From Candidatus Woesearchaeota archaeon (GTDB lineage: Archaea > Nanobdellota > Nanobdellia > Pacearchaeales > GW2011-AR1): a stretch of DNA of 64,000 nucleotides. How positions within the stretch are numbered: position 1 is the first letter of the stretch; each line of letters begins with the position of its first letter. The notes beneath the pieces were generated by a model that was not told where the DNA came from, searched no databases, and worked only from the letters and a program-made list of their open reading frames with translations. The translations under genes were made by a program, and so were the position numbers. Shown here piece by piece: positions 19,376 through 29,106 of this stretch. The stretch is from positions 212 through 64,211 of the forward strand of contig CAZTCF010000002.1 of NCBI GenBank assembly GCA_964612685.1, written 5' to 3'.

Positions 19376-20305
19376 ATGAATTTTGATGTTGTAAGTTTTG
19401 GTTCTGCTGTTGTGGATGTGTTCATTCACACAGATGTATCTGAAAAAAGAGGATTCATGAATTATCCAATAGGAGAAAAAATACTCATAAAAGATTTAAA
19501 ATTTGATGTTGGGGGAGCAGGAACAAATACTGCTGTTGCATTTTCAAGATTAGGATTAAAAACAGGATGTATATGCGAATTTGGAGATGATGAGAATGGG
19601 AGAAGAATAAAAGATTTGCTTAAAAAAGAGAAGGTTAAGTTTTTAGGAAAGACAGTGAAAGGAGAATTAACGGGATATTCTGTTGTTTTAGATAGTAAAG
19701 GGGGAGATAGAACCATTCTTACATATAAAGGAGCAAATGATGAAGTAAGTTTAAGTGATATAAGTAAGTTCAAGGCGAGATGGTTGTATTTTAGTTCTCT
19801 TTTAGGAAAGAGTTTTGAAACTCAAAAACAAATTGCAATTAAATCAAAAGAGAAAAGAGGAACTAAAATTGCCTACAACCCAAGCAGTTATCAAATAAAA
19901 AATTTAAACATCCTCCCCTTACTAAAAATAACTGATATCTTAATATTAAACAAAGAAGAGGCAGAGATGCTCTTAAAAAAATATAAACCAAATGAAAACA
20001 ATTTACTTTTAGGGCTATATAAGATTACGAAAGGGATCATTGTTATAACAGACAAAAACAAACCAATCTCCTGTTATGATGGAAATAGAAAATACTCAAT
20101 AAAACCCCACAATGAAATTAAAGTTGTTGAAAGAACAGGTGCTGGAGATGCATTTGCTTCAGGATTCGTTGGGGGACAGATAGCAGAAAAAACAATTACT
20201 CGCTCTTTAGAATTAGGAATAAAAAATTCTGAATCAGTTATACAACACTTTGGAGCTAAAAACAATTTAATCCGAATGAAATTAAAAGAAAAAGAACAGC
20301 TATAA
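19376..20305 (+). CDS. PfkB family carbohydrate kinase
   Basis: GGAGTNTA, NKEEA, TGAGDAFASGF. Confidence 0.92.
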   Translation: MNFDVVSFGSAVVDVFIHTDVSEKRGFMNYPIGEKILIKDLKFDVGGAGTNTAVAFSRLGLKTGCICEFGDDENGRRIKDLLKKEKVKFLGKTVKGELTGYSVVLDSKGGDRTILTYKGANDEVSLSDISKFKARWLYFSSLLGKSFETQKQIAIKSKEKRGTKIAYNPSSYQIKNLNILPLLKITDILILNKEEAEMLLKKYKPNENNLLLGLYKITKGIIVITDKNKPISCYDGNRKYSIKPHNEIKVVERTGAGDAFASGFVGGQIAEKTITRSLELGIKNSESVIQHFGAKNNLIRMKLKEKEQL

Positions 20306-20353
20306 AAATAAATAAAAAAATAAACTAAAAGAAAAGATAACCTAAAAAATAAA

Positions 20354-21109
20354 ATGAAACCAATCAACCTAAAAAAACTAACAACAAAAGGAAAAGCGCT
20401 TTATCTTGCATATGACCAGGGTTTAGAACACGGACCAAGCGATTTCAATGATAAAAATGTCGATCCTAGATATATAATTGATATTGCTAAGAAAGGAAAA
20501 TACAATGGAATTGTATTCCAGAAAGGAATAGCAGAGAAATACAACAAAGAAATCAAAGCAAGTAAAATACCCCTCATAGTAAAGCTTAATGGAAAAACTA
20601 ATTTATTCAAGGGAGAACCTATATCTAGACAACTATGTACTGTTGATGAAGCGATAAAACTGGGAGCATCCGCAGTTGGATATACTATTTACATTGGAAG
20701 CGATTCTGAAGATGAATCTTTCCAGGAATTTGAAGGGATACAAAGAGAAGCTCACAAGAAAGGACTTCCAGTAATAACCTGGATATATCCAAGAGGAAAA
20801 TCCCTCAAAGGTAAAAAACCAGAAGAGTTAATGGTATATGCAACACGAACAGCCTTAGAGATTGGAGCAGATATTGTTAAAATTCAATACGCAGGAAAAT
20901 TAAAAGACCTCCAATGGGCTGTTAAGTCTGCAGGTAAAACTAAAGTTGTTGTTGCAGGTGGAACAAAGAAAGGAGAAAAAGAACTCATCAAACAAATTCA
21001 TGAAATTATGGAAGCTGGATGTATTGGACTTGCAATTGGAAGAAATGTTTGGCAACATCCTAAGCCACTTGAAATTACAAAGAAGATAAAGGATATAGTG
21101 TTTAAATAA
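20354..21109 (+). CDS. fba: Fructose-bisphosphate aldolase class IA (DhnA type)
   Basis: LAYDQGLEHGP, WIYPRG, GADIVK, GLAIGRNVWQ. Confidence 0.92.
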   Translation: MKPINLKKLTTKGKALYLAYDQGLEHGPSDFNDKNVDPRYIIDIAKKGKYNGIVFQKGIAEKYNKEIKASKIPLIVKLNGKTNLFKGEPISRQLCTVDEAIKLGASAVGYTIYIGSDSEDESFQEFEGIQREAHKKGLPVITWIYPRGKSLKGKKPEELMVYATRTALEIGADIVKIQYAGKLKDLQWAVKSAGKTKVVVAGGTKKGEKELIKQIHEIMEAGCIGLAIGRNVWQHPKPLEITKKIKDIVFK

Positions 21110-21208
21110 ATAATAAAAAATTAAATTATAATAACTAACCTAGCTCATCATCATAATCAACCTACATTAAGGAGTTGTATAGATAACTAAACCTTACTCA
21201 AACAAAAA

Positions 21209-21844
21209 ATGAAAAAACCAATCATTGTAATAAATCTTAAAACATATCAACAAGGTGAAAAATCAGTTAAAATTGCAAAGGAAATTGAGAGAGTTGATAA
21301 AAATATAATTCTGGGAGTTCAAGCAAGTGATATTTATGAGATTGCAAAGAAAACAAAACTTAAAGTTTATGCACAACATGTTGATCCCTTTGAACCCGGC
21401 AGAAATACTGGATATATCCTGCCGGAAGCTGTAAAGAAAGACAAAGCAATAGGAGCTTTCCTTAATCATTCGGAACACAAGCTAACTCTAGATGTAATAA
21501 AAAAAACCATTGCACGTTGTAAAAAAATAAAACTAAAGACAATGGTTTTTGTGAAAGATATTAAACAAGCTAAAGAAATTGAAAAACTCCACCCAGACTA
21601 TCTTATATACGAACCTCCAGAACTTGTAGCAGGAAATATTTCCATTAGCTCAGCAAAGCCTGAAATAATTAAGAATCTTTCAAAGAAGTTAAAGAAAACA
21701 ACACCCTTCCTGGTTGGTGCTGGAATAAAAACCCGAGAAGACATAACCCTATCAATGAAGTTAGGAGCATCAGGCATTGCAGTCTCTTCAGCAATAACAC
21801 AGGCTAAGATACCTGGAAAGAAATTGAAGGAACTTATAGCTTAA
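21209..21844 (+). CDS. tpiA: Triosephosphate isomerase, archaeal type
   Basis: INLKTY, AQHVD, LNHSEH, YEPPEL, GAGI. Confidence 0.94.
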   Translation: MKKPIIVINLKTYQQGEKSVKIAKEIERVDKNIILGVQASDIYEIAKKTKLKVYAQHVDPFEPGRNTGYILPEAVKKDKAIGAFLNHSEHKLTLDVIKKTIARCKKIKLKTMVFVKDIKQAKEIEKLHPDYLIYEPPELVAGNISISSAKPEIIKNLSKKLKKTTPFLVGAGIKTREDITLSMKLGASGIAVSSAITQAKIPGKKLKELIA

Positions 21845-22176
21845 TACTTAAATCTCTTTTCGTATGTTTTATGATCCATCCATTCTAGAACAATTGAGAG
21901 AACTTCAATTCCATCTCTACCTACAGAATAAATAAGTCTCCATCCTCTTGGTAAATCATATTTCCATAAATTATCTATATTATATTTTGAAACATAAATT
22001 GGAGGTATTAATCTCTTGGGTATTTGTATGCCTGAGAAAGCATTTAATTTTAAGTTATCCAAAGCTTGTTTTACATGATTATACAATTGTTGTTCTTCTA
22101 ATTTACCTTTTTTTAGTTCTTCTAGACTTTTTCTAAGACTTTCTTCTGCAAAAAATACTTTAGATTTTATTTCCAT
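21841..22176 (-). CDS. RelE/ParE-superfamily toxin-like protein
   Basis: 111 aa, NLWKYDLPRGWRLIYSV pattern, overlaps upstream small gene. Confidence 0.7.
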   Translation of the reverse strand: MEIKSKVFFAEESLRKSLEELKKGKLEEQQLYNHVKQALDNLKLNAFSGIQIPKRLIPPIYVSKYNIDNLWKYDLPRGWRLIYSVGRDGIEVLSIVLEWMDHKTYEKRFKY

Positions 22177-22436
22177 TCTAAATTCTGTTTTTTAAGATAT
22201 TTTTTTACCAGTATTGGATTCCAAATCCAACCTATTTTTCCTTCTCTGTCTACGGCTATCCTATTGGAATAAAGCAGATAATCAATAATAACTGAAAATG
22301 TTTGGTACATCATCTTTTTTGGGAGTCTTAACCAGAGTTGTTTTTTGGTAAATTCTCCGCTAGTTTGATAAATTAATCTTTCTACCATTAATACACTATC
22401 TAAACGAGGATAGTGCAATATTTTTTGAATATCCAT
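22167..22436 (-). CDS. Small winged-helix-like protein, probable antitoxin
   Basis: 89 aa, first gene of a two-gene overlapping unit with the RelE-like gene. Confidence 0.55.
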   Translation of the reverse strand: MDIQKILHYPRLDSVLMVERLIYQTSGEFTKKQLWLRLPKKMMYQTFSVIIDYLLYSNRIAVDREGKIGWIWNPILVKKYLKKQNLEWK

Positions 22437-22523
22437 GGTTATATATACTTATATACCTTTATAAATTTTATTATTCTATATTTTAAGAAGAAACTTTAAA
22501 ATCATTTGATTCTTGGAAAGAGT

Positions 22524-23171
22524 ATGCCTTACAAATTATCTCCATCATCTTTATCTTTAATGAATGAATGTCCAAGATGTTTCTGGCTAGATAAGCATAA
22601 TGTCTGGAAAAGACCCTCAGGTATTTTCCCCTCTCTTCCTTCTGGAATGGATGGAATATTGAAAACTCATTTTGATAAGTTCAGAGATAAAGGAATATTA
22701 CCTCCTGAGCTGTGCGATAATGGAGAGTGCACAAATATGAAATTATTCAATGAACCTGAATTAATGAAATCCTGGAGAAATAATCTTAAAGGAATAAGAT
22801 GGGAAGATAAAAAAGGGAATATATTATTTGGAGCAGTTGATAATATACTCCAGAAAGGAGAAAAGTTAATTGTTTTAGATTATAAAACAAGAGGATACCC
22901 TGTAAAAGATGATACAGCAGAACATTACCAGAATCAGTTAGACATTTACAATTTCTTGCTTAGAAAAAACGGATATAAAACAGAAGATTATGCTTTTTTG
23001 TTGTTTTATATTCCTAAAGAAGTCGCAGATACAGGAGAAATAATTTTTGATACAACATTAAAGAAGATGAAAATATATGTGAAGAATGCAGAGGATATAT
23101 TCAACAAAGCAATTAAGCTATTAGATGAAGATTGTCCAACTAAAACTTGTGAGTGGTGTGAGGGAAGATAA
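22524..23171 (+). CDS. PD-(D/E)xK nuclease, RecB/Cas4-like
   Basis: LSPSSL..CPRCFW, GAVD, LDYKT, QLDIY, C-terminal CPTKTCEWC. Confidence 0.85.
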   Translation: MPYKLSPSSLSLMNECPRCFWLDKHNVWKRPSGIFPSLPSGMDGILKTHFDKFRDKGILPPELCDNGECTNMKLFNEPELMKSWRNNLKGIRWEDKKGNILFGAVDNILQKGEKLIVLDYKTRGYPVKDDTAEHYQNQLDIYNFLLRKNGYKTEDYAFLLFYIPKEVADTGEIIFDTTLKKMKIYVKNAEDIFNKAIKLLDEDCPTKTCEWCEGR

Positions 23172-23172
23172 G

Positions 23173-23847
23173 ATGATAAAGGCCATCCTCTTTGATATTG
23201 ATAACACTCTAATTGATTTCATGAAAATGAAAGAAAAGAGCTGCGAAGCAGCTGTTGAAGCAATGATTTCTAAAGGGTTAAAAATGAAGAAGCAAGAAGC
23301 TATGAAAGAGATTTATAGCATATATGATAAAAGAGGAATGGAGTATAGAGATGTTTTTGAGAAAATAATAAAGAAAGGAAATGGAAAAATAGATTACAAA
23401 ATAATGGCTTCTGGTGTTCTTGCATATAGAAAGGCCAAGGAAAATCATCTTATCACATATCCTGGAGTTACAAGTACATTAACTAAACTGAAAAAGAAGT
23501 ATAAATTAGCAATTGTAAGTGATGCTCCAAGTATGAAAGCCTGGACAAGACTAATTTCAACGGATATTGATAAATTCTTTGATGTAATTATAACAAGAGG
23601 GGATGTTAAGAAGCAAAAGAATTCTTTTGTTCCATTTAATGCTGCATTGAAAAGATTGAACATTAAACCAGAAGAAGCTATTATGGTTGGAGATAGAATT
23701 GAAAGAGATATTCACACTGCAAAGAAGCTTGGAATAAACACATGCCTCGCAAGATATGGTATAGAAAATCCTCCCGCACGAGGGGAAAGCGGAGCGGATT
23801 TTGAAATTGATGATGTTAGGGAGTTGGTGAGAGTTGTTGAAAAGTAG
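23173..23847 (+). CDS. HAD superfamily hydrolase
   Basis: FDIDNTL, MVGDRIERDI; ATG 23173 preferred. Confidence 0.9.
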   Translation: MIKAILFDIDNTLIDFMKMKEKSCEAAVEAMISKGLKMKKQEAMKEIYSIYDKRGMEYRDVFEKIIKKGNGKIDYKIMASGVLAYRKAKENHLITYPGVTSTLTKLKKKYKLAIVSDAPSMKAWTRLISTDIDKFFDVIITRGDVKKQKNSFVPFNAALKRLNIKPEEAIMVGDRIERDIHTAKKLGINTCLARYGIENPPARGESGADFEIDDVRELVRVVEK

Positions 23848-23856
23848 ATAATTAAT

Positions 23857-23900
23857 TTAGAACTTATCCCTCTTCCCATACCTCGTATGCAGCAACTTCT
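23857..23900 (-). repeat. Orphan copy of the hydrogenase 3' end (KLLHTRYGKRDKF*)
   Basis: Close match to 27215-27260. Confidence 0.9.
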
Positions 23901-25100
23901 TCAGAACCTCTCCCTCAACACAAACGCCAATATAACAAACCCCGCAACTATCGCAATACCTATTATTAAACTAGGTAAAAGCAAATTATTTTTTAGATTA
24001 GATTCCTGTTCAGAAGTAACTTCTCCAGTAATTGTAGGTTTATTTCCAGGAGGTATTTGAATTGGAGTTGATTCAGTTGTAACTTTTGTATTTGTATATT
24101 CTGTAGTTTCTGTATATTCTTCAGTTTCAGGAGGTTCTTCTTGAATTAATATTTTCTGTTTTTGAGGCTCTGGTAATGAGGTTATATAAAATAAATCTAA
24201 CCCCTCTGTAGCAGTTGTTCCAGAAGTTCTATCCCTTGCACTTCTAGAAAACTTAACCATTACATTGATTCCTGCAGATTGCCTAATATTAGTTGCTGCT
24301 TCTATCAATTCATTTCCTATTATGACTCCAATTTCTATATTTGAAGATTTTATGTATTCTATTATCTTTGAAGGAGCATTATCTTCTTCTATAAGGATAA
24401 GTACGTTTTTTCCCTGCATTATTTCTTTTTCTATAAATTCTCCACTGCTTAAAATTACTTGAGCTATTGAACCAACTTTTTCGTATTTTTTTACAATTTC
24501 TATATTATTTTCAAATTTATCTCCAGTATCTATTCTTTCTGGATTGTATTTGGATAATTGGTTTGTAATTTCCGGATCAAGATATCCATAAATAAGCAAG
24601 TTATTTACATTTCTGCTTGAGAGTATTGTATCTATTTCATTTATATTATCTTTATTTGCTAAGAATACCCAGGAGTTTGTTTCAAAAGCATAAGCAACTA
24701 CTGCCATTGCATTATATCCATAAGAATCTTCAACAACAATGAAATTTTTTATTCCATATAATTCCTCAATAAGATCCAAGTTTGCTGAAGAAACATCTAT
24801 CTCCTCGACTGAATTAAAACCATTTGAAATTGCTAATGAAGAATAATCTTGAATAATTGGATTATATCTTGAGGTGATAATTAGTAAATCATAATCTTTA
24901 TCTATATCTTGGAGTAAAGCTAATCCATTATCCGAATTAACTAAAAAATCTGAATCTAACCCCATAAAATTTGAATATAATATTGAAGAATAAACATCCC
25001 TCCAATCTGCTGAATTTGAAATAACATAATTCTCTGCACTAACAAAGTTTAAGGTAAAAAGTATAAATAAGAAAGGGATAATCATTAACTTATTTTTCAT
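23901..25100 (-). CDS. Secreted, C-terminally anchored surface protein
   Basis: Signal peptide (VSA-E), Thr/Glu/Pro linker, C-terminal TM ending RERF. Confidence 0.75.
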   Translation of the reverse strand: MKNKLMIIPFLFILFTLNFVSAENYVISNSADWRDVYSSILYSNFMGLDSDFLVNSDNGLALLQDIDKDYDLLIITSRYNPIIQDYSSLAISNGFNSVEEIDVSSANLDLIEELYGIKNFIVVEDSYGYNAMAVVAYAFETNSWVFLANKDNINEIDTILSSRNVNNLLIYGYLDPEITNQLSKYNPERIDTGDKFENNIEIVKKYEKVGSIAQVILSSGEFIEKEIMQGKNVLILIEEDNAPSKIIEYIKSSNIEIGVIIGNELIEAATNIRQSAGINVMVKFSRSARDRTSGTTATEGLDLFYITSLPEPQKQKILIQEEPPETEEYTETTEYTNTKVTTESTPIQIPPGNKPTITGEVTSEQESNLKNNLLLPSLIIGIAIVAGFVILAFVLRERF

Positions 25101-25217
25101 ATTCTTTTTAATATAAAGAATTATTTAAGGTTTATTGCAGTTAAAAAAGTCTCTTTCTAAAACCTCTCCTCTCCCCACAACAACAATCCTTAAAAATGGT
25201 TTTGGTATGATTTTTCT

Positions 25218-25415
25218 ATGAATAAAAAAACATTAAAGAGATTTGATTTAGAAAAATATGTTGCAGGAGGCACTCTTAAAGTTAGTTTAGGAAATCATAT
25301 TGATTTAGATAATATTGTTTTACCTGCTAATCAGGAAGGATATTTAATTTATATTAAGTATAATAAAGAAGAAAAGAAATACAAATTCTCAGTTTATGAA
25401 AAGAAGAAAGAATAA
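25218..25415 (+). CDS. Small hypothetical protein
   Basis: Stand-alone 65-aa ORF filling an intergenic gap, TATA-like element upstream. Confidence 0.6.
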   Translation: MNKKTLKRFDLEKYVAGGTLKVSLGNHIDLDNIVLPANQEGYLIYIKYNKEEKKYKFSVYEKKKE

Positions 25416-25482
25416 TTATTATTTTTAAGTCATCTAACTCATTTTAAAATAATGGAATTGCTGTGATAGATAATTTAATTTC

Positions 25483-25528
25483 TTAGAATTTATCCCTCTT
25501 CCCATACTTTGTATGCAGCAGCTTTTCT
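25483..25528 (-). repeat. Orphan copy of the hydrogenase 3' end (EKLLHTKYGKRDKF*)
   Basis: Close match to 27215-27260, 6 nt after the serpin stop. Confidence 0.9.
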
Positions 25529-25534
25529 TAAAAT

Positions 25535-27133
25535 TTATCTGGGATCAACAACTTTTCCAATGAACAGAATATTTCCAGTTTCCTTTTCCTGAATTATAAA
25601 TATAAACGGATGATCTGCCCTAAACTCTATAAATCTTGGCATTGCAGCTCCAAAACCCATACTGACTATAGTTGCTGCAGCTGCTTCTGTGCCTTCTTCA
25701 TAAACATCAATGTAAGCCTTGTGCAGGACTTCATCAATGTAAAGCATTTCTGTTCCATCTATTCCTGAAAAATCTGCACCTGGCCAGACAAAAGGAAGGC
25801 TCATCCCCATACTTTTTAGATAATCTGTTAATGAATAAGTTGTTTCAAAATGATATTTTGGAAGATAAATAAAAACTATTTCAGGTTCCATTTCGCTTCT
25901 CCACTCCTTGAGTTTTTCTTCACTTAAAATTGATTCTAAGTGTGTAATGTTGCTGAGAGAGAGGTTTTCATTTAATCCAAATTCATATTTATAGTAATTG
26001 TATTCATCATCTTCAGAAGCTTCTGTTCTTGGAAGAAGTACTAGCATGGATATTTTGTCTCCCTTATAAGGCATTTCAAGTATCTGAATTCCATCAGATT
26101 CGCAGTAGTTGAATTTCAATTCATCATCCCTAAGTTGCATCGTAGGAATTTGTACTTTTTTACCTGATTCAAGAGTAAAATCTTTTTGTTTTGTATCTTT
26201 TTTATCAAACTGATGTTCCCACTTTCCTTTGAAATAAATAGCATTAGTCAGAACAGCGCGTGTTAAAGGATCAAACATGTTAGGAGAAGCTATATTCTTT
26301 ATTTTATTGTTTGTATTCTTTGAGACCCAATTATTTATTTCAGAACTTGCTTGCCCGGGATTTTTTACAAAATCAAGAGTATTAACGTTTCCTAGATAAT
26401 ACCTGCTTATTGTATCTTTGTACTCCTGTAAAAAAGGATAATCTTCCTGTAACCAGATTGCATTTGCTGTACTTAATTGGTATTTTCCTCCTCCTTTATT
26501 TATTGTGTTTAACATATTTGCATAAGAAGATCTTCTTAAAGAATCCTCTTCAGGGAAATAGAATACATTTTGGATTTCATTAGCTGTTTCTCCTCTGGCC
26601 CCTTCATATACCATTGCCATTGCGTTCGATATACTCCATGGAGAAAAAAAGATATTTCCTTCAGAATCATCTTTTATTTTAGAATATAAATCAATAGAAA
26701 ACTGATTGTTCGCTCTTACTGCCTCTTCTACTCCTTCTGCTGTTGCTCCTCTATCATCTGCAGCTTTAACAAAAATATCACTCATTCCAAGATTAAAAAA
26801 ACTATACAACAAAATTCCTATTAATATTATTAAACTTAAAACAATCAATTTCTTTTTATTCCAGTTTATCTTGTTTTCGAGGATCCCAAAAAATGCAATT
26901 AAGCTACAAGAAATAAGATAAAACCAAAGAATATCTAATATTAATCCAAGAAGCATTCCAATTATTCCAAACATGCCAAAGAAAAATATAGGAAATATCA
27001 TTATATATAATATAATAAGGGGTATTTTTGTCAACCCCGTACTTTCAGATTTGAAAAACAAAAAAACCGCAAAAGCCAAAAGAAGAATTGTCAAAGCTAT
27101 TTTTTTCCAGTTACATTTAAAGAATTCACCCAT
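25535..27133 (-). CDS. Serpin with N-terminal multi-pass membrane region
   Basis: NIFFSPWSI, EGARGET, NAIYFKGKW, EEGTEAAAAT hinge, FRADHPFIF. Confidence 0.95.
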   Translation of the reverse strand: MGEFFKCNWKKIALTILLLAFAVFLFFKSESTGLTKIPLIILYIMIFPIFFFGMFGIIGMLLGLILDILWFYLISCSLIAFFGILENKINWNKKKLIVLSLIILIGILLYSFFNLGMSDIFVKAADDRGATAEGVEEAVRANNQFSIDLYSKIKDDSEGNIFFSPWSISNAMAMVYEGARGETANEIQNVFYFPEEDSLRRSSYANMLNTINKGGGKYQLSTANAIWLQEDYPFLQEYKDTISRYYLGNVNTLDFVKNPGQASSEINNWVSKNTNNKIKNIASPNMFDPLTRAVLTNAIYFKGKWEHQFDKKDTKQKDFTLESGKKVQIPTMQLRDDELKFNYCESDGIQILEMPYKGDKISMLVLLPRTEASEDDEYNYYKYEFGLNENLSLSNITHLESILSEEKLKEWRSEMEPEIVFIYLPKYHFETTYSLTDYLKSMGMSLPFVWPGADFSGIDGTEMLYIDEVLHKAYIDVYEEGTEAAAATIVSMGFGAAMPRFIEFRADHPFIFIIQEKETGNILFIGKVVDPR

Positions 27134-27214
27134 AGTTATTATAATATTTTTATCTTTAAAAAATGTTTTATTACAGATATCTTGGATAAATATACTTTAC
27201 AATTAATTATTTCC

Positions 27215-28891
27215 CTAAAACCTCTCCCTCTTCCCATACTTCGTATGCAGCAACTTTTCTGCTTTCTTGCTAAGTGGCTGTCCTAGATACTTCTTGTAAA
27301 TATCTTTCACAATTGGATTTTCATGAGAACGTCTGTATTCACGCATACTGTCTTGCTTGTAAAGTGCTTGAGCTCTAAGTGTTAGCACTTTATCATCAGA
27401 GTATATTGGTTGTCCTCCTCCACCCACACATCCTCCAGGACAAGCCATCATTTCAATGAAATCATATTTGTCTTTATTTCTTAGAAGCTTTCTTATATTT
27501 GCTCCTCCAGACGCTGTAGCATAACGTATTTTTCTTCCATTAAGCATTATTGTCCCCTCTCTTATACTGCTATCTTTTGTTCTTAGATTTTGAAATTCAA
27601 CTTTTTCGAGACGTTTTTTTGTTGAGAGTTCATATGCTGTTCTTAATGCAGCTTCCATAACCCCTCCAGCTGCCCCAAAAATATCTCCTGCCCCACTTGC
27701 TAATCCCAGTGTTGGATCAAAATTGGAATCTTCTAGATTTGCAAAATCAATATTTTTTTGTTTTATTAATCTTCCAAGCTCTCTTGTTGTTAAAACATAA
27801 TCAACTCCTGTTTCTAATTCTGGTCTTGTTGACTCAAACTTCTTTGCTGTACATGGCATTATGCTCACCACGATTATATCCTTAGGATTAATCTTTGCAA
27901 GTTCTGCATAATAACTTTTTATTAACATCCCAGACATTTCATGAGGAGATTTACATGTTGACATATTAGGTATTAATTCTGGATAAAAGAATTCCATCAT
28001 TAATATCCAAGATGGACAGCAAGTTGTAATTAAAGGAAGCACTGCTTTTTTCCCCTGTTTCAATCTTTTAAGAAGTTCAGCTGATTCTTCCATTATTGTC
28101 ATATCTGCTCCTAAGTCAACATCAAAAACTTTATTGAAACCACATTTCTTTAAAGCAGAAACCATTTTTCCTGTAACTAAAGTTCCTGCAGGCATATCAA
28201 ATAATTCTCCTAGGCTTGCCCTTACTGCAGGAGCTGTCTGAGCTACAACATGCTTTTTAGGATTGTTTAATGCTTTGATAACTTCAGGAAGATGTGTACG
28301 TTCACTTATAGCCCCAACAGGACAATTAATTAAACACTGTCCACATTCAATACATGCAACATCTTCTAATTTCTTTTCATCGTATGGGGTTACATGTTCA
28401 TTATGAGCTCTACTTGAAAAGTCAATAGCATATATTTCTTGAATTTTACCACACACCTGAACACATTTACCACAATTAATACATTTATTGTTGTCTCTTA
28501 TTATTGCAGCACCTAAATCTGGATGATAATCTTTAATTGATTTGAATCTTTCATATTCAATTCCAATCTGGTCATACACTTCCTTTGCTTCAAAATCCCC
28601 TCCTAATTCTTTATATTCGATATCTGGACTCATTAATTCAAGATTGATTTTTCTTGATTTGATTATTTTTTCAGAATTAGTTACAATTACTGCATTCTCA
28701 ATAGGCTTTGTTGAACAAGACGTAACTAATTTTCCATTCATCTCAACTAAACACACCCTACATCTTGCTTCAGGAAAAAGATTTTTGTGGAAGCAGAGGG
28801 TTGGAATTTTGATATCGTTTTCTTTACAAATTGTTAAAATTGTTTTATTTGGGTCCACATCAAGTTGTTTGTTGTCTAGGGTTATTTTCAT
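27215..28891 (-). CDS. hydA: [FeFe]-hydrogenase catalytic subunit, group A
   Basis: H-cluster motifs TTCCPSW, MPCTAKKFE, EMMACPGGCVGGGGQP; N-terminal 2Fe-2S and two CxxCxxCxxxC; start at ATGA overlap 28891. Confidence 0.96.
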   Translation of the reverse strand: MKITLDNKQLDVDPNKTILTICKENDIKIPTLCFHKNLFPEARCRVCLVEMNGKLVTSCSTKPIENAVIVTNSEKIIKSRKINLELMSPDIEYKELGGDFEAKEVYDQIGIEYERFKSIKDYHPDLGAAIIRDNNKCINCGKCVQVCGKIQEIYAIDFSSRAHNEHVTPYDEKKLEDVACIECGQCLINCPVGAISERTHLPEVIKALNNPKKHVVAQTAPAVRASLGELFDMPAGTLVTGKMVSALKKCGFNKVFDVDLGADMTIMEESAELLKRLKQGKKAVLPLITTCCPSWILMMEFFYPELIPNMSTCKSPHEMSGMLIKSYYAELAKINPKDIIVVSIMPCTAKKFESTRPELETGVDYVLTTRELGRLIKQKNIDFANLEDSNFDPTLGLASGAGDIFGAAGGVMEAALRTAYELSTKKRLEKVEFQNLRTKDSSIREGTIMLNGRKIRYATASGGANIRKLLRNKDKYDFIEMMACPGGCVGGGGQPIYSDDKVLTLRAQALYKQDSMREYRRSHENPIVKDIYKKYLGQPLSKKAEKLLHTKYGKRERF

Positions 28892-29106
28892 TTTAATGTT
28901 TGTAAAACTCTCCTTGCCCATTTTCTATCAGACTCTTTTTCTTTTTCAGATAATTTTGAATAAGGTTGTTTTATTTGTTTTTTCCATCTTTCTATATTTT
29001 CTTTTGTAAGATTCTTAAGCATATAATTAGTCCAGTGGGCCCATTGCTTATGTTCTAGATTAGCTAACTTTTCTATTAACGTTTTATCTTCTTGATTTAT
29101 TTTCAT
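28888..29106 (-). CDS. 72-aa RyR-domain-like protein
   Basis: LIEKLANLEHKQWA...PYSKLSEKEKESDR; ATGA overlaps with both neighbours. Confidence 0.7.
   Translation of the reverse strand: MKINQEDKTLIEKLANLEHKQWAHWTNYMLKNLTKENIERWKKQIKQPYSKLSEKEKESDRKWARRVLQTLK

Noticed and set aside
22524..23171. Nuclease as part of a CRISPR-Cas system
   Set aside because: No cas1/cas2 or array in the window
23857..27260. hydA tail copies as DGR template/variable repeats
   Set aside because: Differences are not adenine-specific and there is no reverse transcriptase
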